A stretch of DNA of 64,000 nucleotides from assembly GCA_964016885.1 (NCBI GenBank), contig OZ024748.1, positions 32,984,001-33,048,000 of the forward strand, in the 5' to 3' direction. Numbering within the stretch: position 1 is the first letter of the stretch; the number at the start of each line of letters is the position of its first letter. The notes beneath the pieces are model-generated. The model saw only the letters and a program-made list of their open reading frames with translations, was not told the DNA's origin and did not search any database. Position numbers and translations under genes: made by a program. This stretch comes from Eledone cirrhosa (taxonomy: Eukaryota). Shown here piece by piece: positions 40,621 to 52,597 of this stretch.

Positions 40621-41464
40621 GCTGTGTCGTTTCCCTGATTTGTTTTCGAAACAAAGGAACAGGGATGGCTGCACTTTTGCGCTTATCTCCCGAATCTTTG
40701 GTGGTACCAACACATTTCTGGTGAATCTCGAGATGCGCTGGGACTTCTTGAGCGACCACCAAATCGGCGAGTTCGACTGTTGGACCGACGCGTGGCAGGG
40801 TAGCCCAGTGACAAGGCCTGAATTTGTTGCATCAAGGCCTGTATCTGTGTTGCTTGCTGTGCCAGTAACTGGTGTAGATCGGGCATCTCTGTGGCACTGG
40901 AGGGCTGAAGGAAAGGATTGGCGGAAGGCACGGCTGGCGTCACATTCGCTATTTTTGAGTGCGGATGTGGTACCTCCATGATCTTATCTGCCAGCTCAGC
41001 GAGTTCTTCTATGGTGGTGGACTCCCTGGTGGATGCTAGTACAACTTGTGTGGCAGAAGGTAAACGCTGGAGGAAGAGTTGCTTGAACATTTCATCCGGG
41101 AGTTTATGTTCACCCAGAAGCTGCTTCATTCTCCGTAGGAGTTGCGTCGGCTTTTTATCTCCTAATTCCTCCGATATGAGGAGCTGGTGCAAACGTTTCT
41201 GCTGCGACTCCGACGTCCGCTTAACTAATGTTCTTTTAAATGTGTCATATGACACAGAGCCTGGTGGTGCTAAAATGAGGTCTGGAACCTCATTCATAAT
41301 CTCCGGAGACATCGAATCGATGAGATGTGTGAAACGGGATGCCTCGCTAACGATCCGGTTCGATGCGAACTGCGCTTTGATGTGCAGAATGGTGGAATCC
41401 TTAATATAAATGCCGCCCTGACTGCCATTTCTGCTGCTGATGAATCTTCGTGTGCTAGAGACAT
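40620..41464 (-). pseudogene. Gypsy gag, disrupted
   Basis: [37 protein letters not shown] (CHCC-type knuckle). Confidence 0.88.
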
Positions 41465-41503
41465 TGTTTGTAGAGGATGATCAGAAGGTTGTGTGTCTGT
41501 TTT

Positions 41504-41515
41504 ACGGGGTCACCA
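41504..41515 (-). other. Primer-binding site (tRNA-Trp type)
   Basis: TGGTGACCCCGT 2 nt after the 5' LTR. Confidence 0.8.
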
Positions 41516-41517
41516 GT

Positions 41518-42232
41518 TGTAACGGAATATTATGTGTGGTTGTAACGATAAGTGGATGGATGGATGCAACTGTTGGTATGGTGGTTTCGATGTAAAGAAA
41601 AATACCAGGATTGTGTTGTTACAAAGTTTATTTTATTACAACAATATTCAATTTGAATATTGAATGATAAAATAATTGACACAAAATATTCATACAATAA
41701 TTTGGTGGCTCTTCGAGCCACGTAAATTCAAATAACACAGAATATGATTATAATATGTGTAAACAGAAACGAATGGTGCGTGTACAAATGCTGGACTCAC
41801 TATAAATTGTGTGTGTGCGGCATATCAGTATATTTACTTATTTGTAATGCAGGAGTCAGCGATTAGACAGGAAGGTGAGAATAAGTGGCAGACTGGTTTT
41901 TCATGACGAGAGTATAAAAACGACTTGTCTTGTCTCTATCCCACTTCTTTTCTGTCGGGGCATGAACAACCCCTGTATTTATAAGATTTGAAGTTAGAAG
42001 GATAGATATATCCTCTGAACTTTGGTTAGTCTCCCAAGGGATTAGTTTGCCAAGCGTAAACAAGTCAGAAAGATGGTTATATCCTCTGACCTATTTTCTG
42101 TCAGGCGTAAACACCTCTGACCTGTGTTTAGCCTCTCCCAAGGGGTTAGTCTCTTAAGTGTAAACAAGTTATACGGCTTTTCCCAGAGGCGGGAAAGCTC
42201 AGATTCGGTTTTGAATCTTCGCCGCCGTTATA
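41518..42232 (-). repeat. Gypsy 5' LTR
   Basis: Direct repeat of 36381-37083. Confidence 0.93.
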
Positions 42233-42586
42233 AGTGTAATGTAAATGTTATGTGAGGTAAAGCTTCTTCTTCTGTCTCTCTCTCACACATTTTCTCTTCC
42301 TATCTGTCTAGAAAGCCAGATCCTTTCTCAACCATGGAACCATGTATTACTTGATGTCCTGTTTAGGGGTCACAAAATGTCAGATTTCTCTGACCCTATA
42401 CTTTCGCTTATCATCAAGGTAAGATCTCCCTTAATTCATATCCCTGCTTTGTGTGGTTGGTGTTAGGAAGGGCCTCCAGCTGCAAAATACCCAACAGTCC
42501 TCATCGGAGCAAAGCACAATGGGGGCCAACTATGGCTAGACTTGACCCAGACTCTGCCTCCTTCACTGTGTTTATCACCAGAACTA

Positions 42587-42855
42587 TCATCATCATCATT
42601 TTACGTTCACTTTTCTCTGCTTGCAAGGGTGGGATGGAACTGATTATGGGTTGATTTCTACAGCTGGATGCCCTTCCTAACACCAACCTCATTTACAGTG
42701 CTTTTTTTGCCGTGGCACCTCCACGACCACTTTGCAGTGGAATGATAGGGACCCCAGTCCTATCATCTCATTTCTACAGCTGAGTAAACTGGAGCAATGT
42801 GAAATAAAGTGTCTTGCTCAAGGAAACAACACATCACCCGGTTTGAGAATTGAAA
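42587..42855 (-). mobile_element. SINE family B, head truncated by the junction with LINE copy D
   Basis: Sequence match. Confidence 0.8.
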
Positions 42856-43899
42856 TCCGTCCTCGTCTTCTAAAAATCCTGTTAGTACCCAGGAAATGCA
42901 TGCATTTGGATGGATTCCGGAGACCCTTATTTTCTGCGTTCTTTTCCCTAAATATGTGGGGGAAAATGTATGTAGCTTGGAAACAATTGACGCCACAGAG
43001 TATTTCCTGGCCGTCAATTGATCCTTCATTAGGACCGTTATATTCCCATAGAGTGGCCCTTTTTGTATGAACGACATATCACTCCACACATTTTTTAGGA
43101 CCAGCTCAATCTCTTTTTGGGATAATTGAGTTGGTTTCCTTGTTATGTTGGAAATTGTTCTGAAAGATATCGTTCTTAGCGTCGTGTCTCTTTTGATTTC
43201 TTGTGGGGAGGTGATTGTGAAGTCTCCCCTTCTTTGAAAGTTACATACTGTTTCGCTTCCTTCATCTTTTCTCTCAGAGTTGTAATGTCCAGTTGCTTGC
43301 AGGTTTGTGTTTTCCGGACCGCCTGTGCAAAGGAGGCACCAGTAGTGGGTTCGCTTTATTTGGTGTTATCGTTATTTTTCCTTGGTTGGTGTTGTGACTA
43401 TTGCTGTTATTGTCGTTGTTGTTTTTGTCTGCGTTTATGTGACTTTCTGGGTTTTCACCCATTTTTATTTGGTGTTATCGTTATTTTTCCTTGGTTGGTG
43501 TTGTGACTATTGCTGTTATTGTCGTTGTTGTTTTTGTCTGCGTTTATGTGACTTTCTGGGTTTTCACCCACTTTCTTTTGCAGAAGTGAGGAGGGAAGAC
43601 TTAGAGCCTTGTGCTTCTAGCTTCTCTGTATCACCTTTCTTAGGGGGCGTGGCTTTCACGTTAGGATGAGATGTGAAAATTCCGTCCATTTCTATTAGTT
43701 TGACGTAATAAGTTTTTAACTGGAAAATTCGCCCCAAAAAGGGGCGAAAATAAATAAACTCAAAGTTTGACGACCAAGGCAAGGGGTTAACGTATATTAC
43801 AGTATAAAAAAATTAATCAAAACTCACTTTTGAGTAAGTAAATCCGACTCGGTAGCCGAGCTTGTTCACACACGTCAACACACGTCAATCGTATACGAG
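42855..43899 (-). mobile_element. Tx1-like LINE copy D (5' portion only)
   Basis: Matches 20333-21307; internal ~100-bp tandem duplication. Confidence 0.9.
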
Positions 43900-44429
43900 A
43901 TGTTATGTGAGATATTATGTGAGGTAAAGACTTTACTGTGAAAATACAATACTATATATAGAGTAATGTAAATGTTATGTGAGATATTATGTAAGATAAA
44001 GCCTTTAGTTTGAAAATACAGTCGTATATATAGAGTAATGTAAATGTTATGCGAGATATTATGTGAGGTAAAGCCTTTACTGTGAAAATACAATAGATTA
44101 TATATAGAGTAATGTAAATGTTATGTGAGATATTATGTGAGGTATAGCCTTTACTGTGAAAATACAATAGATTATATATAGAGTAATGTAAATGGTATGT
44201 GAGATATTATGTGAGGTAAAGTCTTTACTGCGAATATACAATAGTATAGATAGAGTAATGTAAATGGTATGTTAGATATTATGTGAGGTAAAGACTTTAC
44301 TGTGAAAATACAATAGTATATATATAGAGTAATGTAAATGCTATGTGAGATAATTATGTGAGGTAAAGACTTTACTGTGAAAATACAATAGTATATATAG
44401 TGTAATATAAATGTTATGTGAGGTAAAGC
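43900..44429. repeat. 72-bp satellite array
   Basis: About 7 units. Confidence 0.95.
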
Positions 44430-44744
44430 TTCTTCTTCTTCTCTCTCTCTCTCACACATTTTCTCTTCCCCTCTCTCTAGAAAGTCAGATCCTTTCTCAA
44501 CCATGGAACCATGTATTACTTGATGTCCCGTTTAGGAATCACAAAATGTCAGATTTCTCTGACCCTATACTTTCACTCATCATCAAGGTAAAGTCTCCCT
44601 TTATTTATATCCCTGCTTTGTGTGGTTGGTGTTAGGAAGGGCCTACAGCTGTAAAATACCCAACAGTCCTCACCGGAGCAAAGCACAATGGGGGCTAACT
44701 ATGGCCAGACTCTGCCTCCTTCACTGTGTTTATCACCAGAACTA

Positions 44745-45087
44745 TTATCATCATTAACATCATCATTTTACGTCCGCTTTTCTCTGCTTGCAAGGGTGGG
44801 ATGGGAACTGATTCTGGGTTGATTTCTACAGCTAGACGCCTTTCCTAACACCAACCTCATTTACAGTGAGTGCTGGGTGCTTTTTTGCCGTGGCACCTCC
44901 ACGACCACTTTGTAGTGGAAGATAGGGACCCCAGTCCTATCATTTCATTTCTACAGCTGAGTACATTGGGGCAATGTGAAATAAAGTGTCTTGCTCAAGG
45001 AAACAACACATTACCCGGTCTGAGAATTGAACTCACAACCTTTCGATTGCAAGGCCAATGCTCTAACCACTAAGCCATGTGCTTCCA
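44745..45087 (-). mobile_element. SINE family B
   Basis: Sequence match. Confidence 0.85.
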
Positions 45088-45171
45088 TATAATATATATA
45101 TATATATACATAAAAGATTAAAAAAAAAGATGGTATGTTCACAGCCACTCTATGAAGATCTGTAGAATAGA

Positions 45172-45250
45172 GAACTCAACAACGCTGGCTAATAAAATCT
45201 GGCAGCTTAAGGACACAAAACAGGAAGATGGGATTAGCTGGTCGAAATTT
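45172..45250 (+). pseudogene. Small PLE endonuclease fragment
   Basis: Translates NSTTLANKIWQLKDTKQEDGISWSK, similar to STSLSNLLWDLK...W in the other PLEs. Confidence 0.5.
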
Positions 45251-45609
45251 AATTACCGCCAACCTCCACATCTTGTGTATATAACATAGCCATTTGTTTC
45301 TCTATATATGCCTGTGTCTACTGTTCGTTCATAAACCAGTTCCTAGGTCATGATCACAACACCGTCATCCTGAAATAGCACATCCACCAGATGCTGAAGT
45401 ATACACACGTCATGTTAAAAGCTGGTCAAATCCAATCAGATCAAATCCTCATGAAGAGTCTGTTGCAAAAGGTAAATAGTATGTGTGTGTGTGTGTATAT
45501 ATATGTGTGTGTGTGTGTATGTGTGTATATATGTCTGTTTGTGTGTGTATATATATATATGTGTGTGTATATGTGTGTGTATATATATATATGTGAGTGT
45601 GTGTATATA

Positions 45610-46752
45610 CAATCCGCTTAAGAGTATATCGGATAAGAGTATAATCAATTCCCGTTTACATATTTTCTATATAATTTCGTCTGAATAAGAGTATAATGAA
45701 TACGGTAAAGTAAATTGGTCTTATAATGTAACATAACTATTACAAAATACTGGTGTGTATGAATATAACAAATGAACGTGGTTTGTGTGTATAATATTTA
45801 ATAAACAATTTGTGGTTATATAGAACAGTATAGTTAACATGTCAATGAATAGATGAAAGAATGAAACAAAGTTATTAGTTACCGTTTGGTTGCCAGGCGA
45901 ACGCGCCTGGCCGAAGGCCAGGAGTAGAAAAGGCAAATGAGAGATAGGGAGGTGAAAATTATTCGTTTTATAGGGTTGGAACGGAAGTTACAGAAAGGGT
46001 TCTACTTCCTATCTAGAGAGAGTTAATCTATTGGTGATGTGAGTGTCACAACAAGGGAGGCAACTCCTGCTACATAACCATCTTAAAACAATTCAACATG
46101 AAATGCGATGATGTCATTTATACAACCATTCTAAAAGCAATTTAAAGTTTAATATATGCAAATACAAAAATAATAATTCATTGTGTCATAAAAATGTATT
46201 TGAAACGCTCTGCTTTATCCATTACTCAAAGGTTAGTATGTATTATTTTTATATTGCTGGCCTTGTGCCTAAAGTAGAAACAATTATTTTTATATTCATA
46301 ATATGAATATGCATAGGTACCTAACATAACTTTAATCATTTATCAATATTTTAGATCTCTGGAAGGAATACTTTACTGTACGGTCCTATGTGATGCAATC
46401 GTTTGAAAGTTTTGAAAATTATACTCTATCTGAGATGGAGGAATTGATTCAAAAAAACATTGCGAGCAATCGATTGCAAAAAAGCATTTTGGACTATTTT
46501 TAGGAAATAAAAATTGTATACCAATATGTTGAAATATTGCTTAATTTATCTATAATTTGCAAACATTCTTGTTGAATTTGTTGGTGTAACTTTCATTTTT
46601 TTTACTTATAAATGCATTTTAAACGATAATAAAGCGATTTTTAATCATTGAAAGACTCAAAATAATAATACTATGGAATATTTGTACTTAGTCCGGTTAA
46701 GAGTATACTATTTTCCATTCCCGAGGGTATACTCTTAAGCAGACTCGAGGGT
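45610..46752 (+). mobile_element. pogo/Tigger-like non-autonomous DNA transposon
   Basis: TIR-like aatccgcttaagagtata / tatactcttaagcagact; C-terminal remnant RLQKSILDYF* at 46471-46503. Confidence 0.65.
45727..46074 (-). mobile_element. Probable solo LTR nested in the pogo-like element
   Basis: TGTAGCA...TGTTACA; homologous to 2957-3296; no clear TSD. Confidence 0.6.
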
Positions 46753-47279
46753 ATCTATATACATACATATATCTATAAATGCATACATATATCTATATAT
46801 ACATACATATATCTATATATACATACATATATCTATATATACAAATATATATATATATATCTATATATACATGCATATATCTATATACATACATATATCT
46901 ATATACATATATACATATATCTATATATACATACATATATCTATATATACATACATATATCTATAAATACATAAGTTGAAAAAAATGAAAACGAAATTTC
47001 ATTTCTCACTCTTAGTATGGCACTTACTTAAATGTAAGTATGTATGTATACGTACATACATATATGTATACAAACGTACAGTAGCATGCATATATATATA
47101 TATCCATATATATATATATATATATACATACAGGTACACATACATATATGCACGCATCAGTTTAGCGGACGCTTATTATAACGCCGCTTTGTTCGTTTGT
47201 AAACAAACTGAACAGCCTGAATTTATGCCATACGGTGTTAAGGCAACCACGTCACCTTTTTGTTCAACACTGACACAGG

Positions 47280-47324
47280 AACGATGTACTAGTTTCAAGC
47301 TTGTTAGCTATCATCAGCACCGTT
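47280..47324 (-). ncRNA. Minimal type I hammerhead ribozyme, intact
   Basis: aacggtg-CTGATGA-t-agct-aaca-agct-t-GAAA-ctag-TA-catcgtt. Confidence 0.9.
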
Positions 47325-47751
47325 TACCCATCTGCCAGATAGTTGAACGTTCGAAAGTATATACTTTCCTTATGAAAATTAACGGCTGAGCAGCCTAATT
47401 TGCATAATGAGTGAGTTAAATCGGTCAGGCATACCGAAAACGATAAGTTGAAAAAAATGAAAACGAAATTTCATTTCTCACTCTTAGTATGGCACTTACT
47501 TAAATGTAAGTATGTATGTATACGTACATACATATATGTATACAAACGTACAGTAGCATGCATATATATATATATCCATATATATATATATATATATACA
47601 TACAGGTACACATACATATATGCACGCATCAGTTTAGCGGACGCTTATTATAACGCCGCTTTGTTCGTTTGTAAACAAACTGAACAGCCTGAATTTATGC
47701 CATACGGTGTTAAGGCAACCACGTCACCTTTTTGTTCAACACTGACACAGG

Positions 47752-47796
47752 AACGATGTACTAGTTTCAAGCTTGTTAGCTATCATCAGCACCGTT
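47752..47796 (-). ncRNA. Minimal type I hammerhead ribozyme, intact
   Basis: Identical to 47280-47324. Confidence 0.9.
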
Positions 47797-48070
47797 TACC
47801 CATCTGCCAGATAGTTGAACGCTCGAAAGTATATACTTTCCTTATGAAAATTAACGGCTGAGCAGCCTAATTTGCATAATGAGTGAGTTAAATCGGTCAG
47901 TGCCATACTAAGAGTGAGAAATGAAATTTCGTTTTCATTTTTTTCAACTTATCGTTTTCGGTATGCCTGACCGATTTAACTCACTCATTATGCAAATTAG
48001 GCTGCTCAGCCGTTAATTTTCATAAGGAAAGTATATACTTTCGAACGTTCAACTATCTGGCAGATGGGTA

Positions 48071-48115
48071 AACGGTGCTGATGATAGCTAACAAGCTTGA
48101 AACTAGTACATCGTT
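48071..48115 (+). ncRNA. Minimal type I hammerhead ribozyme, intact
   Basis: CTGATGA 48078-48084; GTA 48106-48108. Confidence 0.9.
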
Positions 48116-49389
48116 CCTGTGTCAGTGTTGAACAAAAAGGTGACGTGGTTGCCTTAACACCGTATGGCATAAATTCAGGCTGTTCAGTTTGTTTACAAAC
48201 GAACAAAGCGGCGTTATAATAAGCGTCCGCTAAACTGATGCGTGCATATATGTATGTGTACCTGTATGTATATATATATATATATGGATATATATATATA
48301 TGCATGCTACTGTACGTTTGTATACATATATGTATGTACGTATACATACATACTTACATATAAATACATACATATATCTATATATACATACATGGCTGCC
48401 AACTCGTTTTCGCGTACGGCCACTACATTATATCCATGTAGGAGAACTCCTACGGATGCGCTGAACGAGTATGACTTTTTAGTCCAGCCAGCAACTTGAA
48501 AACTCTGGTACAAACACTACACTTGTGACAATTATTGACACATAGTGCTGGGCCCATGGTACCATGTGACGACAAGTGCAGAGAGATATCCAGATATAAA
48601 GCAATGCCTGTGTCATGAAGCTTTTATAGTGAGCAAAGGCACTGCACAAAGCCAGTCCCACTCTCTTAACCAAGATGATATTTACCAAAAAGAAGAACAA
48701 GTCAACATCATTGGATACCATCAGGGTTGCAGGTGTTATATCAGAGTTTTCCTTCTCCTAGAATTCTGCCTTGACAAAGGCTAAGGGGTCATCTCATACA
48801 TATATCTATAAATACATACATATATCTATATATACATACATATATCTATATATACATACATATATCTATATACATACATATATCTACATACATATATACA
48901 TGTGCGCGTATATCTGTGTATATATAATGACCCATAAACTGTTCACTTTCCTGACATTTGTACATTATTCTATGTACTATACATGCACCTTTGATGAGTT
49001 GTAGTGCATCTGAGCACTGTACACAATAATTTTGTTTACTACAAGACACCGGCAGGTGCAAACTACCCCCTCTCCCCAACTACCGACCCGTGGGGTCAGT
49101 TCGCTTTCATTCTCGACGTACCTATACAGAAATTTAGCCTGACAGACCCACCCCACCTTCAAAAACCCTGTAAAATCTACTCACAATAGCCGGATAATCA
49201 GTTGGTCATTCCCCTCCACTGGAAAGAACGATTGATTTTTCCTCTTCGCCGCCATCTTGCAGAACAACACAGACTTGCAACGACACCTATAAACACGGGT
49301 TCTGAAACCGGTTACCTCCCCTTACGCTTACTGGCTGGCTTACCGGTCGGTTGATATGCTAGAAATAGCAGTCAAATCTCCATCATAAT

Positions 49390-49862
49390 AACAGTTTCTG
49401 CTTTAGGCACAAGGCCAGCAATTACTCCAGTGTATTACTGGTACTTTATTTGACTGACTCTGTAATAATTGTTTCTACTTTAGGCACAAGGCTAGCAATT
49501 ATCTCTGTATTACTGGTACTTTTTTTTATTGACCTCGTAATAATTGTTTCTATTCTTGGCATAAGGCCAGCAAATACCCCAGTGTATTACTGGTACTTTA
49601 TATTTATTGACCCCTTAACGATTAAAGGCAAAGCTAACCTATCGGGATTTAATTTCAGAATCTAAAGGGCCGAAACTCAATGCCGCGAAGCACGGTGTCA
49701 GGCGCTCTACGGATTACTGCTAATCCACCCATAATAGTGGTTTCTGGTTTAGACACAAGGACAAAAAGTTTTGGGGAGGGGAAAGTTGATTAAATCGAAC
49801 CCAGTGTATTACTGGTACTTTATTTGATCGACTCCGTAAGGATGAAAGTCAAAGTTAACCTC
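49390..49862 (-). mobile_element. Cluster of SINE family A copies and fragments
   Basis: Repeated gtttctactttaggcacaaggccagcaat...actggtacttt. Confidence 0.8.
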
Positions 49863-49961
49863 ATAAATATCACTGCGGATCCACTGTAGACTCTTTTGAC
49901 CTCCACCCGCTTTCCTTTCGCCACACTGCCAGACACCTTCCACGCCATGCTGCCCTCAACG

Positions 49962-50218
49962 AGGTCATAGAGCATGGCTCTGACGCTGCAGGCTTTTCTT
50001 CCCAGGTCAAGCCGGTGGGGCTGGACCGAGGGGACGGCAAAAGGCCAGGTCATAAAGCATGGCTTGGACGCTGCAGCCTTCCCTTCCCAGGTCGAGCCGG
50101 TGGCGCTGGACCGAGGGGACAGCAAAAGGCCAAGTCATAAAGCATGGCTTGGATGCTGCAGGCTTCCCTTCCCAGGCCGAGCCAGTGGGGATGGACCGAG
50201 GGGACGGCAAAAGGCCAG
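49962..50218. repeat. GC-rich 85-bp minisatellite, 3 units
   Basis: agcatggct at 49971, 50056 and 50141. Confidence 0.9.
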
Positions 50219-50404
50219 ATGGTATGACCATCTTCCCGTTCCGCGGTGGCAAACCCCTCGTCCAGGATGCCACTGACAGCGACACTTTCTCCAGCCACAA
50301 CCTGGTGCAATCTGCGACTAACCCAGGTACTGCTGCTCTTCGAGCTGAGGAGGGCAAACTCTCCAGGTAACGACCGTACTCCAACAGGTTTGCAGGCGAG
50401 CCCT

Positions 50405-51002
50405 TAGCAGTCGAGACTTCTGGTGTCCTTGGCCATAGGGCTACCTCCCTGTTCACCATCATAGGCACTGAGCTGGCTACCCCTAGCAGTGGAGACTTCT
50501 GGTGTCCTTGGCCCTAGGGCTACCTCTCTACTTACCACCATAGGCACAGACCTGGCTACCTGTAGCAGTGGAGACTTATGGTGTCCTTGGCCCTAGGGCT
50601 ACTTCCCTACTTGCTACCATAGGCACAGACCTGGCTACCTGTAGCAGTGGAGACTTCTGGTGTCCTTGGCCCTAGGGCCACCTCCCTACTTACCACCATA
50701 GGTACAAACCTGGCTACCTGTAGCAGTGGAGACTTCTGGTGCCCTAGGGCTACCTCCCTACTCACCACCATAGGCGCTGAACTGGCTACCCGTAGCAGTA
50801 GAGACTTCTGGTGTCCTTGGGTCTAGGGCTACCCACCTACTCAGCACCATAGGTACAGACCTGGTTACCTGTAGCAGTGGAGACTTCTGGTGTCCTAGGG
50901 CTACCTCCCTACTTACCACCATAGGTACAGACCTGGCTACCTGTAGCAGTGGAGACTTCTGATGTCCTTGGCTCTAGAGCTACCTCCCTACTTACCACCA
51001 TG
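50405..51002. repeat. GC-rich 79/72-bp minisatellite, about 8 units
   Basis: tagcagt at 50405, 50484, 50563, 50642, 50721, 50793, 50872 and 50944. Confidence 0.92.
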
Positions 51003-51241
51003 GCCAGCCGCAGGTGTGAGCCTCGCAATATGGAATAGTTCTTCCAGCGTATCTCCCTTACCATCCTCCGAGGAAACACCTTCTCCATTCTGACCACCGG
51101 AGCTCTGGGGAGGCCAGCACGTAGAACCCCATTTGCTCACCATACAGAGAGATGGGGAGGGTGAGAGAGATGGAGGCGATGACAGTGGGAGTTCGGCTGA
51201 TCTTTCACGATTACTTAAGTTTCTATTTTCTATTATATATA

Positions 51242-51779
51242 CTAGCAGAAAACCCACCCTTCGTGTTGTTTTCTACTTGCATGTGTAGTGTGTATATTGA
51301 TATTATACGCAGGTATATATACATATATACATGTAGATATGATACATCAAATAAAATCGTAATTGACAATATACATGGAAATTGAACGAAAACTGTGTTA
51401 CACTGTCTTATTTAATCAGTAACATAATCCATGATACATTAAAAAACGACGATATTATATAACTGCATTAGGAGAAAATTAGTGACGGAAATATATGAAT
51501 GTTGATTTAAGCGATCGCTAACCGGAAGTGTTGACATTTGAACATTTTAAAGAAGTGAATCTTTAAATAAACAAAATATATTTAATCAACAGCCACAAAA
51601 TTTAGTAGATAAATTATGGGGTCGATAAAATAAAGTGCCAGTAATACACTGGGATAATTGCTGGCCTTGTGCCAAAAGTAGAAACAATTATTTATTATAG
51701 TAATCCAACTTATTTTACAAACGGGATAATAAAAAAAAGCGTACGCAATCCGGCAGACCTTGCTTTATAATAGTTTAGA
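51242..51779 (-). mobile_element. Non-autonomous Helitron-like element
   Basis: Minus strand A|TCTAAACTATTATAAAGC...GGGTTTTCTGCTAG|T; contains a SINE A fragment. Confidence 0.6.
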
Positions 51780-52157
51780 TTATTTCAATGCATTACACAA
51801 GTTTTCCATTGAAATAATGTGTAATGATACAAATTAAACCCTATAATATTCTCGTAGATTTCAAGAAAAGATCAACATCATCGGTAACTACTGAGCAGAA
51901 GGTTTTATATCGGAGTTTTCCGAGTTTCCTGAGTTGCCCTCTCCTAGAAGAATGCCCTGACATAGGTTAAGGGTCCTTCACTCCCAGTGGTTTAACCGCG
52001 CAATCGGGTGTCCAGCCCGACTATTTCTACGTCCCTGCGCATATACATACGCATGCACCCATGTATATACACATATACATACATATGTACATGTGTATAT
52101 ACATATTTACACACTTTTGGATGGCCGTTGACTCTTATGAGTTATTCCGCCCTTTGT

Positions 52158-52221
<64 letters not shown>

Positions 52222-52586
52222 TCATCATCACATATCATATATCATCATCACATATCATCATCATTTTATGTCCGCTTTTCCCTGCTTGCAAGGGCGGGAT
52301 GGGAACTGATTCTGGGTTGATTTCTACAGCTGGATGCCCTTCCTAACACCAACCTCATTTACAGTGAGTGCTAGGTGCTTTTTTGCCGTGGCACCTCCAC
52401 AACCACTTTGCAGTGGAATGATAGGGACCCCAGTTCCTATCATCTCATTTCTACAGCTGAGTAAACTGGAGCAATGTGAAATAAAGTGTCTTGCAAAAGG
52501 AAATAACACATCACTCGGTCTGATATTTGAACTCACAACCTTTCGATTGCAAGGCCAATGCTCTAACCACTAAGCCATGTGCTTCC
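52222..52586 (-). mobile_element. SINE family B, full length (tRNA head, CORE-like centre, RTE-type tail)
   Basis: A box tggcttagtgg, B box gagttcaaat, (ATG)n tail. Confidence 0.88.
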
Positions 52587-52597
52587 ATAAAAGTAAA

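Larger units (their letters stand above)
36381..42232 (-). mobile_element. Full-length Ty3/Gypsy LTR retrotransposon, CsRn1-like
   Basis: Two ~700-bp LTRs, 4-bp TSD AGTG (36377-80, 42233-36), tRNA-Trp-type PBS, PPT, gag-PR-RT-RH-IN order. Confidence 0.95.
46971..48358. mobile_element. Retrozyme-like element: two tandem 472-bp units (-) plus one inverted unit (+), each with an HHR
   Basis: Period 472; near-identical copies; inversion junction at 47900/47901; embedded in a TA-rich microsatellite. Confidence 0.8.

Noticed and set aside
46976-48347. Repeated 137-aa ORF in the 472-bp units
   Set aside because: Runs through a TA microsatellite, is antisense to the ribozyme, has a TTG start and no recognisable motif; the 12.7-kb homologue has no such listed ORF.
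48393-49330. Unique-looking segments between microsatellites
   Set aside because: Probably old TE fragments; nothing diagnostic could be identified by eye.
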